64,000 nt of DNA from Bryobacterales bacterium (GCA_965205595.1 CBDBHI010000080.1:46990-110989), one strand, 5' to 3'. Positions 47,460-57,351 are shown, counted from the first letter of the stretch. Numbers and translations: made by a program. Notes: a model not told the origin generated them from the sequence alone.

Positions 47460-48011
47460 ATGACTAATTTCACTCGCAATCTGGCAATAGCGGTGGTCTT
47501 GAGCTTGGCCGCCATTCCCGCGTCCGCGGCGACAACCGTGGACATCGATGCGGCGAAATCGCCCATGACCGCTTTGGAAAGGCAGGTCCGCAAAAAGCTC
47601 ATCACACTTCCGTTCTATAGTCTGTTCGACCACATTCAGTTTCAGGTCGAAGGCAACACCGTGATGTTGAGCGGATCGGTCTACAGGCCTTCACTCAAGA
47701 AGTCGGCCGAGACAGTGTTGGCGCGCGTAGAAGGGGTTGAGAATGTCAAGAACAACATCGAGATCCTACCTACATCGACATTCGACGACAGCATTCGTCG
47801 AGCGATGTTGCCCACGATCTACGGCGATGCGGTGCTGAGCCGCTATTCGCTGGGTTCGCAGCCGGCGATTCGAATTATCGTCCGCAATGGTGACGTAACG
47901 CTCGAGGGCGCCGTGATCAACGAGGGCGACAAGAACCTGGCCGGAATCCGCGCCAACACCGTCAATAACGTGTTCAAGGTGACGAATAACCTGAAGGTTG
48001 CCCGAGGCTAA
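47460..48011 (+). CDS. BON domain-containing protein (two BON domains)
   Basis: GGAAGAAGGAG RBS before ATG 47460. Signal peptide NLAIAVVLSLAAIPASA. The repeated ...V.L.G.V......A......V.GV..V.N.L.V pattern occurs twice. Confidence 0.8.
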   Translation: MTNFTRNLAIAVVLSLAAIPASAATTVDIDAAKSPMTALERQVRKKLITLPFYSLFDHIQFQVEGNTVMLSGSVYRPSLKKSAETVLARVEGVENVKNNIEILPTSTFDDSIRRAMLPTIYGDAVLSRYSLGSQPAIRIIVRNGDVTLEGAVINEGDKNLAGIRANTVNNVFKVTNNLKVARG

Positions 48012-48038
48012 CTCCCACTCGTACAACAACCCACAAGT

Positions 48039-48067
48039 GGCCCCGGCGGAACGCTTCCGCCGGGGCC
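48039..48067 (+). terminator. GC-rich stem-loop downstream of the BON gene
   Basis: GGCCCCGGCGGAA-cgc-TTCCGCCGGGGCC is a perfect 13-bp stem with a 3-nt loop. There is no trailing T-run, so intrinsic-terminator function is uncertain. Confidence 0.45.
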
Positions 48068-48103
48068 GTCGTGCATCTGAGTCGCGTTACGCTAACAAGC
48101 GGG

Positions 48104-49459
48104 ATGGCACGTACCAATCGAAGAGACTTCTTACGACACTCCGGAGCGGCTTTCGCAACGTTGGCGGCAGGCGCGTGTGGCCGCGGCGTTGATGCGCCGG
48201 AACAGGCGGCACGAAAGCCCAATATTATCCTCATCATGGCGGACGACTTGGGTTTCGAATGCCTGGGTTGCTATGGCGGAACTTCTTACAAAACCGCGCG
48301 ACTCGATGAGCTTGCCCGCACCGGTATTCGATTCAACCACGCCTACGCTCAGCCGCTATGCACGCCCACCCGTATGCAGCTGATGACGGGCCAATACAAC
48401 TTTCGAAACTGGCAGGCGTTCGGCGTTTTGCCACCAAGCGAAGTCACTATTGGCCACATGATGAGTGACGCCGGCTACAAAACTTGCATCTCCGGCAAAT
48501 GGCAGCTCTACAGCTACAACCCGCCCGACTTCGAACCAGAGTGGCGAGGCAAGGGAATGCTCGCCAAAGACGCCGGATTCGACGATTATTTTGTTTGGCA
48601 TGCCGAGCATACCGAGGACAAAGGCTCGCGTTACGCGGACCCGGTGATTCTCGACAACGGTACGTTTGTCGAAAACACCGACGGAAAGTACGGCCCTGAC
48701 CTCTACACCGAGCGCATCAACGACTTCATAGGTCGCCACCGCGACGAGCCGTTTTTCGTTTACTATCCGATGGCTTTGACGCACGGGCCGTTCAATCCGA
48801 CACCCCAAAGCGATGAGTGGGTCGACGGCGACCGTTTCGAATCAAGCTCGCAAAAATACTTCGGCGACATGGTGGAGTACATGGACGAAGTCGTCGGACG
48901 CATTGTCGACCGGCTCGACGAGCTTGGGATTCGCGAGAATACTTTCCTGCTCTTTTATGGCGACAATGGCACGCCTCGGGGCGTTCAATCGAAAATGGGC
49001 GACCGAGTTGTCGACGGCGGCAAGGGCATGCCCACTGACGCGGGGACCCGCGTGCCGCTGATCGCAAATCAGCCGGGTACCGTCCGGCCGGCGGTCAGCG
49101 ATGATTTAGTCGATTCGACTGACTTTGTCCCAACGATCGCGGAAATCACGGGAATGATGCCGCCACAGGACCGAGTCACGGACGGCGTATCGTTCGCGCC
49201 CCAACTGCGCGGCGAACGCGGGCATCCGCGCGAGTGGGTTCTAGTCCACCACGACCCGCGACCCGGCTGGGGCAAGGAAGCATACACCAAGCTCGACCGC
49301 TGGGCGCGTGATCAACGCTACAAGCTCTACCAAGAAAGCGAGCTGTACGATATCTCAGAGGATGTGTTGGAGCAGGATCCAATCGCCCCAGGTCAAGGCA
49401 GCGACGATGCCGAAGCTGCGCGTGGAAAACTGCGGCGAGTGTTGGACGAACTGGTCTGA
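48104..49459 (+). CDS. Cys-type sulfatase (Tat signal, lipobox)
   Basis: NRRDFLRHS leader, AAGAC lipobox, MADDLGFE, CTPTRMQLMTG signature. ATG 48104 is preferred over the track start 48071. Confidence 0.9.
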   Translation: MARTNRRDFLRHSGAAFATLAAGACGRGVDAPEQAARKPNIILIMADDLGFECLGCYGGTSYKTARLDELARTGIRFNHAYAQPLCTPTRMQLMTGQYNFRNWQAFGVLPPSEVTIGHMMSDAGYKTCISGKWQLYSYNPPDFEPEWRGKGMLAKDAGFDDYFVWHAEHTEDKGSRYADPVILDNGTFVENTDGKYGPDLYTERINDFIGRHRDEPFFVYYPMALTHGPFNPTPQSDEWVDGDRFESSSQKYFGDMVEYMDEVVGRIVDRLDELGIRENTFLLFYGDNGTPRGVQSKMGDRVVDGGKGMPTDAGTRVPLIANQPGTVRPAVSDDLVDSTDFVPTIAEITGMMPPQDRVTDGVSFAPQLRGERGHPREWVLVHHDPRPGWGKEAYTKLDRWARDQRYKLYQESELYDISEDVLEQDPIAPGQGSDDAEAARGKLRRVLDELV

Positions 49460-49469
49460 ATGATCTTGC

Positions 49470-49967
49470 TCAGCGCCACCAATCGGCATCTTGAGCTAGT
49501 TTCACTGTCGGCTCGGCCGGCAATTCGGCTAGGAGTGCCACGATAGTCTTCCCAAGTCCAGGGTGAAGAAATTCCGGGGCAATCGAGGCTAGCGGTTCGA
49601 GCACGAAACGACGCTCGTGCATGCGTGGATGTGGCACGGTGATCTCGGGGGTGTCGACGACAAGATCGTCGTAGAGCAGCAAGTCGATATCAATTTGACG
49701 AGGGCCGTTAGGAATCGTTCGCTTGCGCCCGAGATGGGCTTCGATGTCCGCGATGCAAGAGAGCAGTTGCTCGGGGCTGAGATCCGAATCGAGAGCGACA
49801 CACGCGTTTAAGAACCAATCTTGATCGGCGTAGCCGACCGGCTCGGTCGAGTAGAGCGGTGAAACGGCCATGATGGCGCCACGGCCACTAAGAGCACTCA
49901 GAGCGAGTCGTAGATTGCTGGTCTTCGCCCCGAGGTTCGAGCCGAGACCGAGGTAGACACTAGCCAT
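49470..49967 (-). CDS. folK: 2-amino-4-hydroxy-6-hydroxymethyldihydropteridine diphosphokinase
   Basis: VYLGLGSNLG, IDIDLLLY, VPHPRMHERRFVLEPL. Confidence 0.85.
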   Translation of the reverse strand: MASVYLGLGSNLGAKTSNLRLALSALSGRGAIMAVSPLYSTEPVGYADQDWFLNACVALDSDLSPEQLLSCIADIEAHLGRKRTIPNGPRQIDIDLLLYDDLVVDTPEITVPHPRMHERRFVLEPLASIAPEFLHPGLGKTIVALLAELPAEPTVKLAQDADWWR

Positions 49968-50325
49968 CGTTGCTACGGCGGATCTCAACCGCCGCCCACG
50001 GCACCCCGAATCGAGCCAAGGCGGAGGGCTTCTTTACCCGCACGAGTACGCTATCGATCGGAAATCCAGCTAGCAACTTTGCGGCTATCTGCTCGGCAAT
50101 GGTTTCGACCAGATGAAACGGCTTCGACTTCGCAAGGTCGCCCAACGTCTTCCTAACGGCGACATAGTCGACGGCTGCCTCGATTGAATCCGCCGCCGCG
50201 GCCGGCTTGAGATCGAGGTTGAGCTCCAAATCGATGAAGATTTGTTGCGGGTCGCGGCGTTCTTCCTCAAAGCAGCCTACGCGGGTCCAAACCGGAATGT
50301 CAGGGATGAGGATTTTATCGGGCAT
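49960..50325 (-). CDS. folB: dihydroneopterin aldolase
   Basis: DKILI...VGCFEEERRDPQQIFIDLEL. 8-nt overlap with folK and 11-nt overlap with folP. Confidence 0.85.
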   Translation of the reverse strand: MPDKILIPDIPVWTRVGCFEEERRDPQQIFIDLELNLDLKPAAAADSIEAAVDYVAVRKTLGDLAKSKPFHLVETIAEQIAAKLLAGFPIDSVLVRVKKPSALARFGVPWAAVEIRRSNDG

Positions 50326-51145
50326 CAGTTGCTCCCTGGATCGCATCGACCACATCGGTCACCCGACGGCAAGCTTTGACGTCATGAGCGCGAACTATCT
50401 TCGCCCCATTCAAGACGGCGACCGCCACCGTGGCCAAAGTCCCTTCGAGCCGCTCATCTACAGGTAGCCGGCTCGGCAGGCTACCCAAGAACGATTTCCT
50501 CGACGGGCCGACCAAGAGTGGGTAGTTGGCCGTTTTGAATTCGCGAAGGCGCGCCAAAATTTCGAAGTTTTGCCGCGCCGTTTTACCAAAGCCAATTCCA
50601 GGGTCGATTGCGATCTCCACCACCCCCGATGCACGAGCAGCGGCGGCGTGCGTGATGAGAAACTCTCGAACTTCGGCGACAACGTCTGTATAGCCGGTGT
50701 CTTGCTGCATCGTCTTGGGCTTCCCGCGCATGTGCATCAGAACGGCTGAAGCTCCGGTCTCGACCAGAACCTCAACCATAGCCGGATCGGCTAGTCCGCT
50801 GATGTCGTTGACTATCGCGGCACCGGCTTGTAGGCAGCGACGGGCGACAGACGCCTTGTAGCTGTCGATCGAAAGAGGCACGTCGATACGCCCGGCGAGA
50901 GCCTCAATCACTGGCAGGACGCGAGCTAGCTCATCCGCGGCCGATGTTGCATCTGACCCAGGGCGTGAACTCTCGCCCCCGATATCGATGATGTCAGCGC
51001 CGTCGTCGACCATCTTAAGGGCCTGGTCGACGGCGGCTGATTTGGACAAGAACAGCCCGCCATCAGAAAACGAATCGGGCGTCACATTGATGATCCCCAT
51101 CAGCAGCGTCCGCTCGGATTCGAAGTAGCCTGTCCGCAAAGTCAA
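50315..51145 (-). CDS. folP: dihydropteroate synthase
   Basis: MGIINVTPDSFSDGG, IDIGGESSRPG, DPGIGFGK. Confidence 0.9.
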   Translation of the reverse strand: MTLRTGYFESERTLLMGIINVTPDSFSDGGLFLSKSAAVDQALKMVDDGADIIDIGGESSRPGSDATSAADELARVLPVIEALAGRIDVPLSIDSYKASVARRCLQAGAAIVNDISGLADPAMVEVLVETGASAVLMHMRGKPKTMQQDTGYTDVVAEVREFLITHAAAARASGVVEIAIDPGIGFGKTARQNFEILARLREFKTANYPLLVGPSRKSFLGSLPSRLPVDERLEGTLATVAVAVLNGAKIVRAHDVKACRRVTDVVDAIQGATDAR

Positions 51146-51310
51146 CTAGCATTGTCGCCCGAACGAAAAATTCTTTAGTGGATCTTTCGTCATTTGGGCC
51201 CCCAGCCGTTCTTACCATGGAGCTTGCCGTGCCATTTCCGCCAGCTCGAAGCCGATGGTTTATCGGTCAGCCCGACCACGCAGCTCTGGGACGGGAGTTG
51301 TATCCATAGG

Positions 51311-51769
51311 ATGCGCTGCCTCGTTGCTAGTGTGATGCTTATCGCTGGCTCGGCGACGCAGATCGAAGCCGGTGTACCTGGAAAAGCGGCGCTATATCGG
51401 GGCGGCACCTTGCCGATCCCGGAGGCAACTCGCGGTAAGGTCTCGACTCTCGACCCAGTCCTGTTCTCGTTTCGGCACAAGTTCGGTGATCTCAAGATCC
51501 CCTACACGCAGGTCAATGCGCTCGAGTATGGCCAAAAGGCCAGCCGGCGCCTCGGCCTTGCCATCGTCGTATCGCCCGTATTTTTACTTTCGAAGAAGCG
51601 CAAGCACTACCTAACGATCAACTACGTCGACAACGACGGATTTCAACAGGCAGCCGTGTTTGAGATCGGGAAGAAAATTATTCGAACGACACTGGCCGGA
51701 CTCGAGGCGCGGACCGGCCGCAAAGTCGAATATCAAGACGAAGAAGCTCGGAAGGCTAGCGAGCGATGA
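51311..51769 (+). CDS. hypothetical secreted protein
   Basis: Signal peptide MRCLVASVMLIAGSATQIEA at ATG 51311. No recognised domain. Its stop overlaps the next start (ATGA). Confidence 0.5.
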   Translation: MRCLVASVMLIAGSATQIEAGVPGKAALYRGGTLPIPEATRGKVSTLDPVLFSFRHKFGDLKIPYTQVNALEYGQKASRRLGLAIVVSPVFLLSKKRKHYLTINYVDNDGFQQAAVFEIGKKIIRTTLAGLEARTGRKVEYQDEEARKASER

Positions 51770-51912
51770 GGCTCTTTCTGGCGGCTCTCGCTGTCGTTCC
51801 ACTGTTGGCGGAATTGACGCTACTGGAGCAGCAACTCGTGCGAATCGCCGAGATACATACCATTTACGTCGACGAACTTGTGGGCGATGGCGTCTTGTCC
51901 AATACAAGATGA
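51766..51912 (+). pseudogene. 5' fragment of a small secreted-protein gene interrupted by an IS
   Basis: ATG 51766 overlaps the upstream stop (ATGA). Encodes MRLFLAALAVVPLLA...YVDELVGDG, then reads into IS sequence and stops at TGA 51910-51912. Confidence 0.65.
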
Positions 51913-53497
51913 GCCTGAAGGGGAGGGCGATTCCAATACAAGATGAGCCTGACGGGGATCCGTTGGGTGGTCAGGAACAGAGCAGCTGCGGGCGATGGGA
52001 GTCGCCGTGCAGCAAGCCGAATCGCTGAGTCTGGAGCAGATCGAGTGTTTTCTCGACGGGTGCCAATCCGTCGCCTTCGAGGGCGGCAATCGAAGCGACA
52101 AATATGCGCTCGTCGAAAGCGTCTTGAAGCGGCATCACTATGCCGACCAGAAGCGCTCCGTCAAGGGTCTCCTGCGGCGTTATCTCGCTAAGCTCACGGG
52201 CTTAAGCCGCGCGCAACTCACCCGCCTGATCGGACAGTTCTTGCACACGCGTTGCGTCCGTCCGAGGGCCTATCGGCGGCGCCGTTTTCCCAGCAAGTAC
52301 ACACGCGCCGACAGCGTCTTACTGGCGCACGTCGATCGAGTTCATCAGCGCCTCTCGGGGCCGGCCACCCGCCGCATTCTCCAACGCGAGTTCCAGATCT
52401 ACGGCCGCAAAGAGTTTCGACGCCTGGCCGAATTGTCCGTGGGCCAGCTGTACAACTTGCGAAAAAGAGCCGTCTACCAACGTCACAGTTTGCATCTCGA
52501 CAAGACCCGTCCCACGCCCGTTGCGATCGGCGAACGCCGCCAACCCGAGCCGCGAGGACGTCCGGGCTACCTGCGCATCGACACCGTGCACTCGCCCGAA
52601 CAGGAAGGTGAAAAAGGCGCCTACAGCATCAACGTGGTCGACGAAGTGACGCAGTGGCAGGCCGTCGGCTGCGTCCAACGCATCAACGAAAATCACCTCA
52701 TTCCCTTGCTGGAAGGGCTTTTGGAACAATTTCCATTTATCGTTCGCGGCTTTCACTCCGACAATGGCAGCGAATTCGTCAACCATCAAACCGCTAAACT
52801 GCTCGAGAAGTTGCGAATTGAATTTACGAAGTCTCGCGCGCGCCGTTCGAACGACAATGCCTTGGTCGAAACCAAGAACGGCGCGGTGGTGCGCAAGTGG
52901 ATGGGCTACCAGTTTTTGCCCTCGGAAGCGACGCAGGCGATCGACACCTTCTACCGCCAGTGGCTCAACCCGTACTTGAATTTTCATCGCCCATGCGCTT
53001 TCGCCAGCGAGCGCCGAGACCGCCGCGGCAAGTTGCGCAAGGTGTACGCCGAGTGGAGCACGCCGTGGGAAAAGCTGCTCAGCCTGCCCGCCGAGCAGCG
53101 CGGCCTGCGCGCGGATCGCTCGCTCAAGAAGCTCCAAGCGCGAGCGGACACTTGTTCCGACACCGAGTTTGCCGAGCAACTCGACGCTCAGCGCAACGAA
53201 CTGCAACGCGTCTGCAAAGACCTCGCGATCTGCTGGCGCACGCGCTAGACAACGCCCCGACCCGAGGCGTTGTCGGCTCCTCCGGCCCACGTCCGAAGAC
53301 GGCCGTGGGGTCTCGCCTGGGATGGCTGCAAAGGGGGATTGGGGTGCCGCCCCTTCCCCCTTATGCAATCCCCCTCACCCCGCCCTACGGGCCCCACAAC
53401 GGGCTTCAACCTCAAGCCCCAATCCGAGCTATAATCCCTCCTGCCCACAGCTACCTTCGCCTGCCTCCTTCAGGCTCATCTTTCGATTGGAAAAGAG
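51893..53497 (+). mobile_element. 1605-bp insertion sequence with a single rve-type DDE transposase
   Basis: Imperfect ~30-bp terminal inverted repeats share TCCAAT...GATGAGCCTGAAGG (left 51893-51921, right 53467-53497). Flanked by a 7-bp direct repeat GATGGCG (51886-51892 and 53498-53504). Confidence 0.8.
51995..53248 (+). CDS. DDE transposase (integrase core / rve domain)
   Basis: LRIDTVH..., GFHSDNGSEFVN, SRARRSNDNALVETKNG (D, D and E regions of the rve fold). Confidence 0.85.
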   Translation: MGVAVQQAESLSLEQIECFLDGCQSVAFEGGNRSDKYALVESVLKRHHYADQKRSVKGLLRRYLAKLTGLSRAQLTRLIGQFLHTRCVRPRAYRRRRFPSKYTRADSVLLAHVDRVHQRLSGPATRRILQREFQIYGRKEFRRLAELSVGQLYNLRKRAVYQRHSLHLDKTRPTPVAIGERRQPEPRGRPGYLRIDTVHSPEQEGEKGAYSINVVDEVTQWQAVGCVQRINENHLIPLLEGLLEQFPFIVRGFHSDNGSEFVNHQTAKLLEKLRIEFTKSRARRSNDNALVETKNGAVVRKWMGYQFLPSEATQAIDTFYRQWLNPYLNFHRPCAFASERRDRRGKLRKVYAEWSTPWEKLLSLPAEQRGLRADRSLKKLQARADTCSDTEFAEQLDAQRNELQRVCKDLAICWRTR

Positions 53498-53950
53498 GAT
53501 GGCGGCATCCATCTTCGCGACATGGTTATTGGCAGCATTCAGCGTTCTGGGGTGTTCGTGCTGACCGAGGACGAATCTAAAGCCGACGCCTTTTTGCGAG
53601 GGTCCGCCGAAGACCTGATATTTACCGACTATGCCAACGAACGACGAGGCCTCAACGTGCGCGGCGCGGCTTCTAACAGTCAAAGAAACAGCGGGGAGTC
53701 TGACTACCAGTCGACAAGCTTCGGAGTGGGGGAGACCGACACGACCCAACGGCGGGAGAGGAAGCACGAGGCTTCGGCGGCGCTGCGGCTCGTTCTTAGG
53801 AGCGGAGAAGTGATTTGGTCAACGACTCGCCAGAGCCTGGGCGCGAAGTATAAAAGTTCGGGGGCCGATGTCGCGGACCTCGTCGCCAGGGATTTAGGGC
53901 TGGCACATAAGCGCGCGCAGAAGCTGAATCGCGAATCGCCCTCACGGTAG
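53498..53950 (+). pseudogene. 3' fragment of the IS-interrupted gene
   Basis: The frame is open from the right copy of GATGGCG (GAT GGC GGC ATC...) through the track ORF 53522-53950, in the same codon phase as the 5' fragment. Confidence 0.65.
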
Positions 53951-54010
53951 GCCCTGAAGGCCCAGCCCATTACAGCCGATTTCGTTCGGGAGTAGCCGGT
54001 TGCGGCGCGC

Positions 54011-55251
54011 GTGAAGTCCAAAGCCTTCATTCCCGAACTCGACGGTATTCGCGGTGTTGCCATCGCTCTGGTGATGCTATATCACCTGTGGAGCTACGGC
54101 GGCGATAACCCGCTCGGGCAAGCCATCGGCGCATTCCACGCCGTTGGATGGATAGGCGTCGATATTTTTTCGCTCTCAGCGGATTCCTGATAACCGGAAT
54201 TCTGCTCGATACGCACCACCGCGACGACTACTTCCGACGATTCTATACGCGACGTGCATTGAGAATTTTTCCTCTCTACTACGCTGTTGTAACCGTCGTC
54301 GCCCTGGCAGGTTTTGCTAACATTTGGGGCCGATTTGCGATCGAACATCCGGCGTTGGAACATCCACAGACTGTTTGGGCTCACTACCTGTACCTGACCA
54401 ATTTCGTGATCGCCTGGGTTGGCGAAGACTATCTCCCTATCGACATCGCTTGGTCACTCGCGATCGAGGAGCAATTCTATCTCGTCGTTCCGTTGATTGT
54501 CAGGCTCCTGCGCCCGGTAGCTCTCGAACGCTTATTGTGGACGGTGGTTGCGGCGACCCCGCTTTTACGATGGCTGGTATGGAGCGCATTTGATACTGGC
54601 TATCTGCCCGTACATGTACTGTCATTTACTCGCATGGATGCGATTGCCGTGGGTTGCCTGGCCGCGGTCGTCCTGCGTCGCGTGGTGCCTCCGAGCCGAA
54701 ACACGATCAGGTTGTTGGCTATCGCGCTTACCGCCGGCGCGTTTGCCGCCCTCGCCATACTCTCGAAGGGGGACGGATTATACATCGTAGTCGGATATTC
54801 CCTACCAGCGCCGGCTGTTGCAGCTTGGATTCTCAAGCTCCGGCTCAACGGCGGTAGTTGCCGATTTTTCGTATCAGCGCCGTTGAGACTGCTAGGCCGT
54901 CTGTCGTACGGCCTCTACTTGTTCCACCTTCCGGCTCGATTCCTCGTTGATTCACTGCTTCAGTTCAACATCGAAAGTTTGTGGGAAGGCGTGATTCGCA
55001 CCGCCGTGATCTCGGGGCTCTCGGCGGGACTGGCGTGGCTAAGCTGGCGATACTTTGAGCAGCCGATCCTTCGCTCGAGGGACAACGACGAGCGTGGCCG
55101 GCGAAGGCGCAGGGATCGAACGCACTTGCTCGAATACGCGCCCCTGAACTTAGTCCCGACAGTTTCGGCGGTCGCGGTTCAAGGGTCCGGGCCGCGAGCG
55201 TTTGGCCGGTGGATTTTTCGACGTGAAAAATCAAGCCATGAGCAGGCCTAG
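54011..55251 (+). pseudogene. acyltransferase family 3 (OafA-like) gene with a frameshift in a T6 run
   Basis: GTG 54011 opens the canonical N-terminus KAFIPELDGIRGVAIALVMLYH...GWIGVDIF. This frame stops at 54188-54190. The track ORF (54148-55251) continues in the other frame with FFALSGFLITG. The junction is the T run at 54165-54170. Confidence 0.75.
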
Positions 55252-55970
55252 CGCCCAATAGCTAGTCGCATCGCTAACTCGGGTGGCAGGCCGGCCCGCT
55301 CAATCTTAAGCTGCGCCGCCGCCACATCATATGGACAGCGGTGGTACGAAAGCGACCGCTTCTCGCTGTCGTACAACGCGTAGCCAGCCTCCCAAATCAT
55401 ATCGCGGGGCTGGCCGACCGAGCCGGGGTTTATCCAATAGAGCCAATTTGGATTCAGCTCGACGGCGTCCGCCTCCCGGAGAGTCCGAACATCCCGCCGA
55501 TCAATTTGCACGAATCCGCCCTGGATGTGCGTATGTCCGAAGAAGACCGGATTGCCTTCCGCGTCGCCTTGATTCAAGACATCGTCAGAACAGATCAGAT
55601 ACTCATCTTCGTCTGTAAACGAGCCATGAACCATCGAAAATCCATTGACCTGAACAGGGCCACTCGCCAATCCGCTAAGGTAGTCCCGATTTTCCGCCGA
55701 CAATTCGGTGCCCGTCCATTCGCACGATGCCCTCGCGAGGGGATTAAACGTCTCAGCCGAGTCTAGACCGCAACAGGCACGATCGTGATTTCCGCGAATC
55801 ACGAAATCGGACTCTTCGCGCACCCAATCGGTCACTCGATTGGGATCCGCACCGTAGCCCACCATATCGCCGAGGCAGCAAATCGTTTCAAACTTGCCGT
55901 CCGCATGGGCCAACACACTCACGAGTGCCTCCCAATTGGCATGTATATCGCTAAGAATTAAGTAACGCAT
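55248..55970 (-). CDS. metallophosphoesterase (YfcE/MJ0936-like)
   Basis: LSDIHAN, GDMVGYG, RGNHD, GHTH motifs. Confidence 0.85.
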   Translation of the reverse strand: MRYLILSDIHANWEALVSVLAHADGKFETICCLGDMVGYGADPNRVTDWVREESDFVIRGNHDRACCGLDSAETFNPLARASCEWTGTELSAENRDYLSGLASGPVQVNGFSMVHGSFTDEDEYLICSDDVLNQGDAEGNPVFFGHTHIQGGFVQIDRRDVRTLREADAVELNPNWLYWINPGSVGQPRDMIWEAGYALYDSEKRSLSYHRCPYDVAAAQLKIERAGLPPELAMRLAIGR

Positions 55971-55993
55971 TGTCGGCTCAAGTACATAGCTGT

Positions 55994-57205
55994 TTATGAT
56001 TGTTTCAATCGGAGTAGCGGGATTTCCGGGAGGGCGCCGATTCGCATTGGCAGATTGACCGTTCCAATACCTCGACTGACATAGAGCGCGGCATTTCCGA
56101 TTCGGTACTCCCCGTAGACGTAAGGTGTAAAAAAGAGAGCCGGGTTTAGATACTGTTCGACGATTTCCACAGTGACTTGTCCGCCGTGCGTGTGTCCACC
56201 AATAGTCAGATCATATCCCAATTCCTCGGCCTTGGGAAACACATCTGGATTGTGAGAGAGCAATATATTAGTCGCGTCCGGTCGAATGTGTGACGATGCG
56301 TTCCTGAGATAAGGGGCTGATTTTTTCTGGTAATCCACGCCACAGACGTTTAGTTTTGAGGAACCTACGGTTAGAAGCTCTGATTCGGAGCGAAAAAAAC
56401 GGACCCCTTTTCCGGCTCCGTAAGTTTTCGTAAATTTTTCAGCCTCGGCGAAAATTTCGTGGTTGCCCAGACAGCCCACCACGCCATAGTCGGCCTTCAG
56501 ACGCGCCAGCCGATCGAGACATCTCTGAAGCGGGTCTTCCTTCGCTGTAATCAGGTCGCCCGTGACGACGGCAAGATTTGCCGAGCAGTCGTTCGCCATG
56601 TCGACGGCATACTCTAGATCGGCGATCGAGAAGAATGGACCGCAGTGAATATCTGTGATCTGGACGATCTTGAAGCCATCTAAGTCATCGGGCAAGCCTG
56701 GTATGTAGATGTCTCGTTCATCGACCGAGAGCTTGCGCCGACCGATCAGAGTACCGTATCCGGCAACGCCAAAAGGCGCCGCCATCGCAAGCGCGGCGGC
56801 GGGCTTTAGAAACTCGCGGCGCGCCATCATCGGTGGCACCGTTGCTCTCTGAACGCCAACGTCTGGCTCAACCTGTGGTCTGACGCGCAGGGCAAGCCGC
56901 CACAACCATAGCAGCGCGTACGCCCCAAAGCTGCCGACAACCCAGCAAGCCGCAACCGGACGCCACCAGAAGGCCTCCCTGGAAACGTCAAACACAATCG
57001 CGTCGACGTTAAACATACCGCTCACGGCTAGAAACGTCATGCCGGCGGCACCAGCAAGCAGCGCGATGACCCTGTTGAGGCGCCACAGGGACGTCACGAT
57101 TTCGATCTGAGATGCAATCAGAAAACAGCGGACGAGAGTTACCGCGATTCCGAACGAGAGCGGCAGGTGCTCCTCTAGTGCAAAGATCTCGAACAGGGCG
57201 TTCAT
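55994..57205 (-). CDS. membrane-anchored metallophosphoesterase (YaeI-like)
   Basis: About four N-terminal TM helices, then TDIHCG, VTGDL, GNHE, SHNPD, GHTHGGQ. Confidence 0.85.
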   Translation of the reverse strand: MNALFEIFALEEHLPLSFGIAVTLVRCFLIASQIEIVTSLWRLNRVIALLAGAAGMTFLAVSGMFNVDAIVFDVSREAFWWRPVAACWVVGSFGAYALLWLWRLALRVRPQVEPDVGVQRATVPPMMARREFLKPAAALAMAAPFGVAGYGTLIGRRKLSVDERDIYIPGLPDDLDGFKIVQITDIHCGPFFSIADLEYAVDMANDCSANLAVVTGDLITAKEDPLQRCLDRLARLKADYGVVGCLGNHEIFAEAEKFTKTYGAGKGVRFFRSESELLTVGSSKLNVCGVDYQKKSAPYLRNASSHIRPDATNILLSHNPDVFPKAEELGYDLTIGGHTHGGQVTVEIVEQYLNPALFFTPYVYGEYRIGNAALYVSRGIGTVNLPMRIGALPEIPLLRLKQS

Positions 57206-57351
57206 CTACATTTCCATCATGACGACCCAGGCCTCTTGCCGCCACGGGGAATTACCTAATCGGCGGGAAATTAGTACTGCCTTATTCACCGTCAGCCGAA
57301 CCCAATCGGTGCACCCGGTCCACGACGACGTTTTTCGACCCATCGGCGCAG

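Noticed and set aside
52319-53368. 349-aa ORF on the minus strand covering most of the IS
   Set aside because: It is antisense to the transposase, whose rve D-D-E motifs are unambiguous on the plus strand. Its Arg/Ala/Gly-rich composition is typical of shadow ORFs in GC-rich DNA.
55248-55251. Convergent acyltransferase and metallophosphoesterase genes share their stop codons in a palindromic CTAG
   Set aside because: The overlap is real in the sequence, but it is a trivial consequence of tight packing. No functional claim can be supported.
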